A DNA stretch of 12,480 bases from Oligoflexales bacterium (GTDB lineage: Bacteria; Bdellovibrionota_B; Oligoflexia; Oligoflexales; Bog-1112). The position numbers and the translations under genes were made by a program. The notes under the pieces are model-generated. The model made no database searches. It had not been told where the DNA came from and was given only the letters and a program-made list of their open reading frames with translations. The stretch is taken from the NCBI GenBank assembly GCA_045105515.1, contig JBGCDR010000397.1, positions 1 through 12,480 of the forward strand. The letters are read 5' to 3'. Shown one piece after another: positions 1-7,887 of the stretch; position 1 is the first letter of the stretch, and every line of letters begins with the position of its first letter.

Positions 1-137
1 ACTTAAGATTTTTCTCTTATTAGCTCTTAAACACATCTTAGGAAGGGGAATTTTGATGAAAATATTTTTTTCAAGCACAAATTTGTTTTGAATTCTGGAC
101 GGCAAGATTATTTTTGCATTTTCTTATTGAATTCAAG
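1..137. mobile_element. Probable terminal fragment of an insertion sequence (family uncertain: IS30/IS4351-like or IS1380-like end)
   Basis: Read on the minus strand from 137 the sequence is CTTGAATTCAATAAGAAAATGCAA. It has AAnTGCA at positions 17-23, in register with the IS30-like end at 12344, and from memory (unverified) resembles the IS4351 inverted repeat. The adjacent kinase ORF loses family-like sequence exactly at 137/138. The fragment has the same length (137 bp) as the IS fragment at the other window end. Confidence 0.55.
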
Positions 138-841
138 TGATGTGAATAAACTGAGTCACCAAAATCAATGAGACCACTAATACTGGGGTGTGATTCCCCT
201 GATTTTATTAACAAATTGTAGTCGTTTCCATCGTTATGAATGACTACTTTTTTGAGTTTTTTTAGCTTATGATCCACATTGTTAATATATTCGAGGAAAT
301 AATATTGCAGAATTTTTCTAATTTGTGCATGTCTACAAAATTCGAACTTATGCATTTGCTCCGGAATATTTTGGAAATCCCAAATATGATCCTGCCTAAA
401 CCCGTGATGGTCAAAATCCTTAAGTGCAATATCGACCTTTGCTAAACTACTTCCCCATTGTTCTAAGAGTTGATTTGGGTGCATTTTCAAATCACAAAGG
501 AACTTGCCTGGCAAGAAAGTTAAAATCCGCATATAGCGATTCTCTTCAAGATCTGGGACTTGAATAATTTCCTGGTGATTTTTTGACTTTACCGGCAAAG
601 GGATGGATACAGGAAGATTTTTTTTGCTTAGGTGGTGCATCATTGCATTTTGAGCAGCTAAATTATCAAAATTTTCTTCAGGCTCGCTTATCTTAAAAAC
701 ATATTTTATTCCAGTATTGTAATCGGTTAGACAATAGTTTTGCCCTGCATAGGAATTTAAGGATTCAACATAAGAATTTATACCAAATAACTCATTGGCA
801 AATTTGTTGATACTATTTTTTTCAATCTCTGGAAGAATCAT
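71..841 (-). CDS. APH/choline-kinase-like phosphotransferase (hydroxylysine kinase / type II homoserine kinase-like), probably C-terminally truncated at about 138
   Basis: N-lobe motifs QNY..YVFKIS and RILTFLPG, HIWD, Brenner-type catalytic motif HNDGNDYN and metal-binding LIDFGD. RBS GAGGTG at 846-851. The ORF stops about 25 residues after DFGD, so the expected C-terminal helical lobe is missing. Confidence 0.8.
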   Translation of the reverse strand: MILPEIEKNSINKFANELFGINSYVESLNSYAGQNYCLTDYNTGIKYVFKISEPEENFDNLAAQNAMMHHLSKKNLPVSIPLPVKSKNHQEIIQVPDLEENRYMRILTFLPGKFLCDLKMHPNQLLEQWGSSLAKVDIALKDFDHHGFRQDHIWDFQNIPEQMHKFEFCRHAQIRKILQYYFLEYINNVDHKLKKLKKVVIHNDGNDYNLLIKSGESHPSISGLIDFGDSVYSHHLNSIRKCKNNLAVQNSKQICA

Positions 842-942
842 ATTTCACCTCTGCAGTATGGCTCAGCATTGATTTTTTTATCCAGGAAACTAGCCAGGTG
901 GAACTATAGCATGGCTGCTAGACTTTAGAAACTGCGATTCTT

Positions 943-1713
943 TTATAGAAAGAGTGAAATTTGGAGGCTTAAAGCACTAAAGCCAGGTTGCTGAGCGTAA
1001 GAATTTATTTGGTGATCCATCATATTCAAATCGGATTCGCTGGCTTCTTCATAAAAAACGGGTTCAGGCTCAATAATTGTAGCTATGGGAAAGTATATAC
1101 TTGCTAATTCGATTCCAAAAAAGAACTTTTTATTTATAAAATAGTGAAAACCGATTCCCGTTTCAGCTGCTAATTCGAGGAATTCTTTTTCCACATCAAA
1201 GACATTGTATTTTTCATAGATTTTACTGCGATCTACTTCAGCTTCAAAGAAATTCTCCTGAACTTTCCGAAATTTTTTGTTTCCTAAACTGAGACCAAAG
1301 GAAATATTTAAAGAATCAAAGAAATATTTGCGGTACACATTGCTCAGAGCAAAAACACCACCAATAGTATAGTTTCTTAAGCGTATACCTACTGCTAAGG
1401 AGTAATCTTTAAAGTATTTCCCCCATTCTAAGCCATCTGATGAGAATGATGACTCTATCATCACATATTTGGGATTATTTTCGAGTTTATCGATAAACGT
1501 TTTAATGAAGTCTTGTTTGGGAGCAGCCTTTGTTTTTTTTTTCTTTGAAACTGCAATAGGAGTTTTGGTTTTGGCAGCACTTCTAATTTGTTTAGTAGGT
1601 ATATATTTTCTTTGGCTTTTAATTGGTTTTGTATTACTAGTTTGAGCGAATGATTGCTTGGAGTTTCCGGTGAGCAAAATAGCTACTGCAAATAAAGTAT
1701 AAATTAACTTCAT
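943..1713 (-). CDS. Secreted hypothetical protein, possible outer-membrane beta-barrel
   Basis: Signal peptide (MKLIYTLFAVAILL...SFA/Q), Lys-rich low-complexity linker, then amphipathic strands (YSLAVGIRL, GIGFHYFI, FFFGIEL) and a terminal strand ALSLQISLFL. Confidence 0.6.
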   Translation of the reverse strand: MKLIYTLFAVAILLTGNSKQSFAQTSNTKPIKSQRKYIPTKQIRSAAKTKTPIAVSKKKKTKAAPKQDFIKTFIDKLENNPKYVMIESSFSSDGLEWGKYFKDYSLAVGIRLRNYTIGGVFALSNVYRKYFFDSLNISFGLSLGNKKFRKVQENFFEAEVDRSKIYEKYNVFDVEKEFLELAAETGIGFHYFINKKFFFGIELASIYFPIATIIEPEPVFYEEASESDLNMMDHQINSYAQQPGFSALSLQISLFL

Positions 1714-1760
1714 AAAGTGCTCACTAGATTTTGTTATTCAGCGGTCAATTCAATTATAGG

Positions 1761-1786
1761 ATAGCTAATTTAAAAAAACTAGCTAT
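1761..1786. other. Inverted repeat between the MazG-like and OMP-like genes (weak terminator or operator)
   Basis: ATAGCTA (1761-1767) ... TAGCTAT (1780-1786), extendable by a G-U pair and T3/A3 on the minus strand. No clear U-tract. Confidence 0.3.
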
Positions 1787-1842
1787 TGCGGCAAGATGCA
1801 AAGAAAATAATTTCATGTAGTTGCGAATAGACTAGGTGTAAA

Positions 1843-2226
1843 TTAGTGAACCTCAAAGGCATCACGTTCTTCACTAAGGTTCCTATTTTCAGCTTTTTCG
1901 CTAGAGAATTTATGGCCATAGCGGACCTTTAATTTAGCTATGTTTTTATGCATTATTTTTTCAAAATCAAAATCTAATTCATCACAGATTAATGCCATGT
2001 ACCAAAATATATCTCCCAATTCTTCGAACAAATTTGATTTGTCAATAGGCTTGTCATAGAAGACATGCTTTTTGAGTGCATCCATGAATTCTCCTGCTTC
2101 GGTATTAAGACCCATCGCGCCATGGAGCAGTCTTAACATTCCTTCATCGCTTAGTCGTGCCTTTATATTCTTGAAATCGTTTGCTTCTGTCTTTATTGCT
2201 AACTTTTTATACTCTTGCGAATTCAT
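1843..2226 (-). CDS. MazG-like all-alpha nucleoside triphosphate pyrophosphohydrolase (single domain)
   Basis: GLNTEAGEFMDALKK and EELGDIFWY metal-binding motifs, and NIAKLKVRY C-terminal motif typical of small MazG-like NTP-PPases. RBS AGAGG just upstream. Confidence 0.9.
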   Translation of the reverse strand: MNSQEYKKLAIKTEANDFKNIKARLSDEGMLRLLHGAMGLNTEAGEFMDALKKHVFYDKPIDKSNLFEELGDIFWYMALICDELDFDFEKIMHKNIAKLKVRYGHKFSSEKAENRNLSEERDAFEVH

Positions 2227-2627
2227 AAAACCTCTTTTTAGAAAAAAATATTTAAATAGATAATTTAGCTCAAATTTAAAACTGTTGCAGATTGAGCCAG
2301 TCTAAAGTGTAAGCTTAAGCTTGTTTTAGTCTAGTTGGCAAGAATAGATTGCTAAATTTTGATAATCTAGTGGTTGTGAGCTTGTTTTAAAGCTTTTTCT
2401 AGGAGCTTATTCTATGATGGTTCGTCTGCTTCGCTCCCTTTCTCAAAAGACTTCGCTAGCTTATATGACATATATGAAAAGATTATAGATACTTGCTTGT
2501 TCAAAGTAGATTCATGCAGCTTTGGTAAAACTCATGCTTCAACGGCCGGTGTCTCATATGACTTTGCTAATTTTGCAGTTCCTCGGAAATTACGGTTTAA
2601 TTTATGACCCATAAGGAGTGCCAAGTG

Positions 2628-2654
2628 CTAAGATTGTTTCAGATCTGCCGAAAC
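2628..2654 (+). promoter_or_regulatory. Putative sigma-28 (FliA) promoter upstream of the Hpt-REC gene
   Basis: CTAAG-N14-GCCGAAAC versus the consensus TAAA-N15-GCCGATAA, about 150 bp upstream of a chemotaxis-like signalling gene. Confidence 0.45.
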
Positions 2655-2807
2655 CTTTCTTTTAGCTGGCACTGTCATAATCTGATGTAAACCTATAAGG
2701 ATTTCTTATGTAAAAAAATAACTGATTTTTTTGATTAAATATAGATTCATGATCTTCATGATAAAATAGAAAAAAAGACTATTATTATCTTAACTGGGAT
2801 TTAAAAT

Positions 2808-3572
2808 ATGGATGATATACTTAGAACATTTGAGGAAGAAGCTTCTGAACTATTGGACAATTGTTCTAGATTGCTGCTTAAAAGTGAAAGCGCTGAAGAA
2901 AGTTTTGCTTTTCCAGAAATATTACGTTATTTCCATACTTTAAAAGGAAATGCCCAATATTTGCAATTGGGTGTTTTTGTGAAATTAATCCATGAAATTG
3001 AAAGCATTCTCGTGGCTGCACAGTTGAAAGAAGAAGTCTCAACTGAGTTGATTAGCTTCTTGCTTGAAATGGTAGATATCCTTTTAGAATGGAATACCAA
3101 AGTTGTTAGCAAAGCACTTCCAGAAAAAGTGCCGGATGTCGTGCTTGCAAAAATTGATTCGTATTTGAATCAATTTTCTGGATATAGAACAATACTCTTG
3201 GTTGATGACGATAAACAATTGTTAGAAACTCTCAAAGCCTCATTTGAATGTAAACAATTTGGCAGTTTTGAACCCAAGCTGCTAATGGCATTCGATGGAG
3301 TTGAAGCCATTACCTTAGCAAAAGAAAACAAGCCTGATTTAATTGTAACTGACTTGAAAATGCCTAAAATAGATGGGTTAAATTTTATCAAATTGATTCG
3401 AAATATGAGTCATTTAAGAGAGGTTCCAATTTTGTTTATTTCCGGATATTTTGATCTCTTATCAACTGTGGCGAATCAGAAATATTTTGAGAAAGTTGTT
3501 TTTATTCCTAAACCCTTTAAAATGAAGACTATTCGAAACTACATCGATTTATTTATCGGGACACGGGCCTAG
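2808..3572 (+). CDS. Hpt domain (CheA P1-like) + response-regulator receiver domain protein
   Basis: N-terminal FEEEASELL...ILRYFHTLKG (phospho-His43). C-terminal REC domain with LVDDD, VTDLKMP (Asp182), ISG (Ser212) and KP (Lys235). No kinase or output domain. Confidence 0.9.
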   Translation: MDDILRTFEEEASELLDNCSRLLLKSESAEESFAFPEILRYFHTLKGNAQYLQLGVFVKLIHEIESILVAAQLKEEVSTELISFLLEMVDILLEWNTKVVSKALPEKVPDVVLAKIDSYLNQFSGYRTILLVDDDKQLLETLKASFECKQFGSFEPKLLMAFDGVEAITLAKENKPDLIVTDLKMPKIDGLNFIKLIRNMSHLREVPILFISGYFDLLSTVANQKYFEKVVFIPKPFKMKTIRNYIDLFIGTRA

Positions 3573-4902
3573 ATCTCAATTTTTTATGTAGTTTTTTTCC
3601 ATCCACGGCTATGCATAAAGAAACTAGACCGTAGACTCCCCACCTAGTAATTAGTAACTCTTTATCATAAAGATAATAGCTCTGGGAAAAAAGACCTAAA
3701 ATAGGCCATACCCAAGGTGTCAGTAGAACTTTGAAGTATGGCACTCCTAGTGGAAGTAAGATGAGTAGGTACCATGGATGAATGGTGGGTGATAATCCAA
3801 GAGCACTCACACTTAAAAGAAGTAGGTATAAGCGTAGGCTTAACCTACCTTGCCAGTAACGTAAACTTAGAATACAAGCTAAAAAGACTCCGAACGCTAA
3901 ACAAGCTATCTTTCCTAATAAAATGAAGGATTGAAATCCGAAAAGTGAAAATATCCAGCTGAAGATCGCATGTGCATAAGGAAAAAAAATCCAGTGCTGA
4001 GCATAAATGCCTAAAGAGTAAAAAAAGCTAACATTCCTATCAATAACAAAGTAGAGGGAGCTTAGTAAAACAAGCAATATTATTAAAAAACTCGATCCTA
4101 CTGCTTTGAAGGAGTTATGCTTTCTCCTAGCATACATAAAATGTGCAGGTAGGTAAAGCAAAGGTAGCCACTTGCAAAGTATTGCGATTGCAAGCCAGAA
4201 GGTTTTAAATAAAAGACTTCTAAATGCCGATTTCATGCATAGAAAGCTCCCAACTGCTGTGATCATTAGAATATCAAGGTGAGCATTCCCGATAACAGTT
4301 AATAAAAAAAGGGGATGCAGTAGGACAAGATCCCAACGCCGACCTTGATAGCAGTAAAAGAGACCTGATGATGCTATTCCAACTATCAACTTCCAGCCGA
4401 ACATGAGACGCCAGACATCGGACACAGATTCAATTGTCCATGGATTAAAATAGGCTGACAAATGAAAAAAAAACTGTGCAGCTGGTGGATAAATGGTGGG
4501 TAAGTAAGGGTGATTAATTTGATCGCTCCACTTAACTTGACTCACCAATGGAGAATTTTCTGGGGTATAGAGATAAGGGTTGATCCCTATAAATGAATGT
4601 AGGCCGTCCCAGACATATCGAAAAGGGTCTGTCTGGAGAATAATTGGGGCACAAATTGAGCTAATAATGGTGAGAGCTGCACCATATTGAATGCTTACCT
4701 TAGGTTTATTCAAAGTTAAAATATATAAATAGCAACCGGATAATATTGTTGTTAGTCCCAGGTTTACTAAGACTTGTCCCTGATAACTTATATGTGCAGA
4801 TAAATTGTGAATGCCCCAAAGGCTCAAACAGAATAGAAATAAATATAAGCTTATTCCTGTTGAAGTTAAGCTTTTCTGAGAAGATAATTGGTCACAACTC
4901 AT
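3553..4902 (-). CDS. Polytopic membrane GT-C-fold glycosyltransferase (GT87/DUF2029-like, lipid-phosphate-sugar dependent)
   Basis: About 10-12 hydrophobic segments. Motifs TDPFRYVWDG, PTIYPP, GNAHLD, a conserved K (ILCKW) and SPTIHPWY are characteristic of GT87/mannosyltransferase-like proteins. The start overlaps the stop of the upstream GT2. Confidence 0.75.
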   Translation of the reverse strand: MSCDQLSSQKSLTSTGISLYLFLFCLSLWGIHNLSAHISYQGQVLVNLGLTTILSGCYLYILTLNKPKVSIQYGAALTIISSICAPIILQTDPFRYVWDGLHSFIGINPYLYTPENSPLVSQVKWSDQINHPYLPTIYPPAAQFFFHLSAYFNPWTIESVSDVWRLMFGWKLIVGIASSGLFYCYQGRRWDLVLLHPLFLLTVIGNAHLDILMITAVGSFLCMKSAFRSLLFKTFWLAIAILCKWLPLLYLPAHFMYARRKHNSFKAVGSSFLIILLVLLSSLYFVIDRNVSFFYSLGIYAQHWIFFPYAHAIFSWIFSLFGFQSFILLGKIACLAFGVFLACILSLRYWQGRLSLRLYLLLLSVSALGLSPTIHPWYLLILLPLGVPYFKVLLTPWVWPILGLFSQSYYLYDKELLITRWGVYGLVSLCIAVDGKKLHKKLRSRPVSR

Positions 4903-6433
4903 TCATTGTTCCTATTGATTCAGGAATATTTTTCATTGCGAGTTTGCCCATCGGGGATCTAAATTGTCCGATCTCAAACAATTTAAGATAGGTAAATAAT
5001 ATGGCTTGGCTCAAAAAAAATAGAGCGGGAAATAGCACCTTCCACCAGATCGCATATGCACAACAGATCATAGCGAATAGGAGTATGGAGTCTAGAATCC
5101 ATTGATCCGTTCGGTTTAACCTTGGCGATTTATGTTTAGGAGTTCGTGCAAAAAATAAGTAACCTGGTTTTTTTGGATTTTCCAATATACCTGACCAAAA
5201 TGATAAGCTGATGTAGGATGCAAATAGAGGAGCAAATAAAACTAAACAAAAGACTAGGAATAATCGGAAAAATAATGGAGGGAGAGAATGAGTGTAGTAT
5301 TTACTGGAGGAATTTTGGGGGAAGAATAATAGATAGAAACAGCTAAAGATTCCAATCCAGAGGCCTGTGTCCCAAAGCTTCAAGAAGTTAAGTTCGCTAC
5401 TATAGGCTAACCATTGCCCATAAGTGTTTATCCAAATGGGAGAAAGAAAATAAATTAAAAGGAGAATGCTGGAAATTCCATAGCCCATTTGTTGGAGCAA
5501 GGTGTCAAACCTAATGTGAAAAGCAAAGGGCAGTCGTTCTATTAGTTCTTTACCAAGTAGACGCAAGACCTGACCGTTTCCTTTTGCCCATCTGCGCTGT
5601 TGGATTAAAAAACTTGCTAAGGATGGTGGAAGCTCAGATTTGCACGAGTCAACATTTGCGTACCAAATTCTATATCCATGAATCCAAGCTTTCATGCTTA
5701 AAAAAAGATCTTCGGTTACTGTATTTGCAGAAAATCCCCCTAGGTGTTCAAGAGCGCTGCGTTTCCATACTCCAGCTGTGCCATTGAAGTGGAAGGGAAA
5801 ACCACGAGCGAAGCGTCCACGATGATCGCGGTGAAAATGACAAATGAGCAACAAGCTTTGGATCCAGGTTAAAATGTTAGTATTTGCATTGTAATACCCC
5901 CAAGGAACTTGTACTGCAGCTATGTTGTTTTTATGCTTAAATTGCGGGATTGTTGTCTTTAAAAAACTGCTGCTAGGCCTAAAATCACAGTCAAAGATGG
6001 CAAAATAGTCGGCCTTAGACTGTTTGAAACCATGGTTTAATGCTCCTGCTTTAAACCCTTGCCTGATGTCACGTCTTAAGTGTTTAATTTTTAAGTCAGG
6101 CTTTGCTGCAGTTATAGTGCTAATACTTACAGCAATTAGCTTAGAACTGACGTCATTAGAATCGTCAAGAATTTGAATTTCTAGTTGATCTTGAGGCCAG
6201 TCTAGTCGTGATATACAGTCTATCAGATCTTGGCAATGCTTAGGTTCATTATAAATTGGTAGTTGGATGCACACGCTGGGAAAATCCAGTGGTTCGTGGT
6301 TTGGGAGCTCTGTAGATTTGATTTTTCCCATCCAAAACTTATAAAATAAGTAGCATATCAGCACTATTTTTACGATCCAAAGGAATATGAGTGCTAACAT
6401 TACATTTGGATCGTTGAAGTTGCTTAGAAACAT
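4892..6433 (-). CDS. Cellulose-synthase-like (CslA/CslC-type) membrane GT2 glycosyltransferase
   Basis: QLPIYNE, QILDDS, GFKAGAL, FDCDF (DXD), FNGTAGVW, TED and QQRRW (D,D,D,QXXRW signature). One N-terminal and several C-terminal TM helices. Confidence 0.9.
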   Translation of the reverse strand: MFLSNFNDPNVMLALIFLWIVKIVLICYLFYKFWMGKIKSTELPNHEPLDFPSVCIQLPIYNEPKHCQDLIDCISRLDWPQDQLEIQILDDSNDVSSKLIAVSISTITAAKPDLKIKHLRRDIRQGFKAGALNHGFKQSKADYFAIFDCDFRPSSSFLKTTIPQFKHKNNIAAVQVPWGYYNANTNILTWIQSLLLICHFHRDHRGRFARGFPFHFNGTAGVWKRSALEHLGGFSANTVTEDLFLSMKAWIHGYRIWYANVDSCKSELPPSLASFLIQQRRWAKGNGQVLRLLGKELIERLPFAFHIRFDTLLQQMGYGISSILLLIYFLSPIWINTYGQWLAYSSELNFLKLWDTGLWIGIFSCFYLLFFPQNSSSKYYTHSLPPLFFRLFLVFCLVLFAPLFASYISLSFWSGILENPKKPGYLFFARTPKHKSPRLNRTDQWILDSILLFAMICCAYAIWWKVLFPALFFLSQAILFTYLKLFEIGQFRSPMGKLAMKNIPESIGTMNEL

Positions 6434-6516
6434 CTTGATATCTTTGGTTTGTCGTTATTAAAGTGGTTTTCACTTACTCTATATCAATTGATTTCAGCGC
6501 AGGCAAAAAAATACGC

Positions 6517-7101
6517 TTACTTGTTAGCAAAAATCTGAGTATAAAACCAACGTCCGTTTGCATCTTGCTTAGCACTTAAGCCAGCAATACTGTAATTTCC
6601 TTCAATATTCTTTCTGTGACCACTACTATTAAGCCACCCTTCTACCACATCTTCTGCAGGATAGGCACCATAGGCCACATTTTCGGCTGATGACCTAATA
6701 CCATCAAGCTTTCTTCTAATATTTTGACTTCTGGCATCGAATCCATCATGTCCAAATTCGGAAAGCCCTTCAGCCATATTGGAGCTGTGATTTTCAGCTT
6801 CTTTCTGAATTACAGAGCTATAAACTAGTGCTTTAAGACCATTTTTAAGACGGTGATCGTTGATGAGGTCGAACACTTCAGATTCGTATGTACTTAATTT
6901 AAGATTTGCCGTTTCAGGATCTGTTTCAGTTTCTGATCCAGTTTCAGTTTCTGATCCAGTTCCAGTTTCTGATCCAGTTCCAGTTTCAGTTTCTGATCCA
7001 GTTTCTGATCCAGTTTCTGATTCCGAATCGGTTTTTTCATTGAAGGAGCAATTTATGAAAATATTTATACATGCAAATATGGACAACAATTTTCTTTTCA
7101 T
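6517..7101 (-). CDS. CAP/SCP (YkwD-like) domain lipoprotein with an acidic Ser/Thr/Gly repeat linker
   Basis: Signal peptide ending IFINC (lipobox-like). CAP motifs LINDHR, HSSNM, FGHDG, AENVAYG, WLNSSGHRKNI and YTQIF. Start placed at ATG 7101, 5 nt after an AGGAG that overlaps the upstream TAA (the track start is GTG 7107). Confidence 0.88.
   Translation of the reverse strand: MKRKLLSIFACINIFINCSFNEKTDSESETGSETGSETETGTGSETGTGSETETGSETETDPETANLKLSTYESEVFDLINDHRLKNGLKALVYSSVIQKEAENHSSNMAEGLSEFGHDGFDARSQNIRRKLDGIRSSAENVAYGAYPAEDVVEGWLNSSGHRKNIEGNYSIAGLSAKQDANGRWFYTQIFANK
6923..7024. repeat. In-frame tandem repeat of 17 related hexamers (gtttca/gtttct/gatcca/gttcca) encoding ET/GS/GT dipeptides
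   Basis: gtttctgatcca occurs 5 times (6929, 6947, 6965, 6989, 7001). The minus strand encodes ESETGSETGSETETGTGSETGTGSETETGSETET. Confidence 0.95.
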
Positions 7102-7110
7102 ACTCACTCC

Positions 7111-7887
7111 TTACTGTGTTTGGTCTATAACTTTGTTTGTTTCTAGTCTACTCGACTTTGATAAATCAAGTCCTATAAAATAATAGAAGCAGAGGGAATA
7201 CAAAATTTTTGTTCCCACTATTAATGAAGCTTTTAAATTTCCACTAATTTTGGATTCACCAAACTTTCTCTTTGCATAGCGTATAGGAAGCTCTTCGATT
7301 CTTAGCCCAAGCATTTTTGCCTTGATTTGCATCTCAACATTCCATCCCCAATTTTTATCCTGCATGCAAAGTTTCTTGTAAGAATCGATACTAAGTGCTC
7401 TTAGCGGGCCCATATCTTGATAAGAAGATCCTGTAAGTAAGTTGATGATTCGAGCTTGGATCCAGTTGCCCATAATTGCAAGCCAAGGCATTGATCCTGG
7501 TTCAAGAATGGTTCTTTGCGCTAAAACAAAATCTGCCTTATTCGATAAAATAGGCTCGGTAAGCTTGGCTATAGCTTCCCAAGGTGAGCTTAGATCGGCA
7601 TCAAGGATTACCAGGACATGCGGCAGAGCTGATTGCCCACTTGCGTGCAATAATTTGCTGATCCCGGTTTGCACGGCAATACCATATCCTTTTGTTGGGC
7701 AGAAGATGGTTTCAGCTCCTAAATGCTGGGCTATTTGAGCAGTGCCATCGCTACTAAGATTGTCTACCAAAACAACTCGGTAGTTCTGAACCAATTGCGG
7801 AAGAAAATGTGGTAGGTTTTTGGCCTCGTCTTTTGCAGGAATGATGATGCAGACCTTGTTCTTGTCAATGCTCGGTAATTTAGGCAT
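7111..7887 (-). CDS. GT2 glycosyltransferase, DPM1-like (polyprenol-phosphate sugar synthase type)
   Basis: IIIPAKDEA, VDNLSSDGT, KGYG, LDAD (DXD), QDMGPLRA, WGWNVEMQIKA and GESKISG. Start revised to ATG 7887 (MPKLP; GAAAGG upstream), because the track start at 8052 overlaps the divergent lpxD and adds a non-conserved extension. Confidence 0.9.
   Translation of the reverse strand: MPKLPSIDKNKVCIIIPAKDEAKNLPHFLPQLVQNYRVVLVDNLSSDGTAQIAQHLGAETIFCPTKGYGIAVQTGISKLLHASGQSALPHVLVILDADLSSPWEAIAKLTEPILSNKADFVLAQRTILEPGSMPWLAIMGNWIQARIINLLTGSSYQDMGPLRALSIDSYKKLCMQDKNWGWNVEMQIKAKMLGLRIEELPIRYAKRKFGESKISGNLKASLIVGTKILYSLCFYYFIGLDLSKSSRLETNKVIDQTQ

Noticed and set aside
1..137. C-terminus of an IS30 transposase on the plus strand
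   Set aside because: No frame shows the NxRPRKxL-type terminal motif, so the family and orientation of this IS end remain unassigned.
71..841. Aminoglycoside resistance gene
   Set aside because: It shares only the APH-like kinase fold. The motifs fit the hydroxylysine/homoserine kinase-like branch, and the gene appears truncated.
2336..2352. Sigma-54-like TGGCA...TTGC (similar TGGCAC half-sites near 2620, 2667 and 11027)
   Set aside because: GG-to-GC spacing is 12 rather than the required 10, and the other sites lack the -12 TTGC element.
2227..2807. Riboswitch (e.g. c-di-GMP) or ncRNA upstream of the Hpt-REC gene
   Set aside because: No recognisable conserved motif or convincing stem structure by eye. 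An Infernal/Rfam scan would be needed.
6923..7024. Repeat region as a CRISPR array
   Set aside because: The units are contiguous 6-18 nt repeats without unique spacers, lie in frame within a CDS, and no cas genes are present.
6860..7183. 107-aa plus-strand ORF with (VS/DP)n repeats
   Set aside because: Antisense shadow of the CAP gene repeat, kept open only because the hexamer units lack stops.
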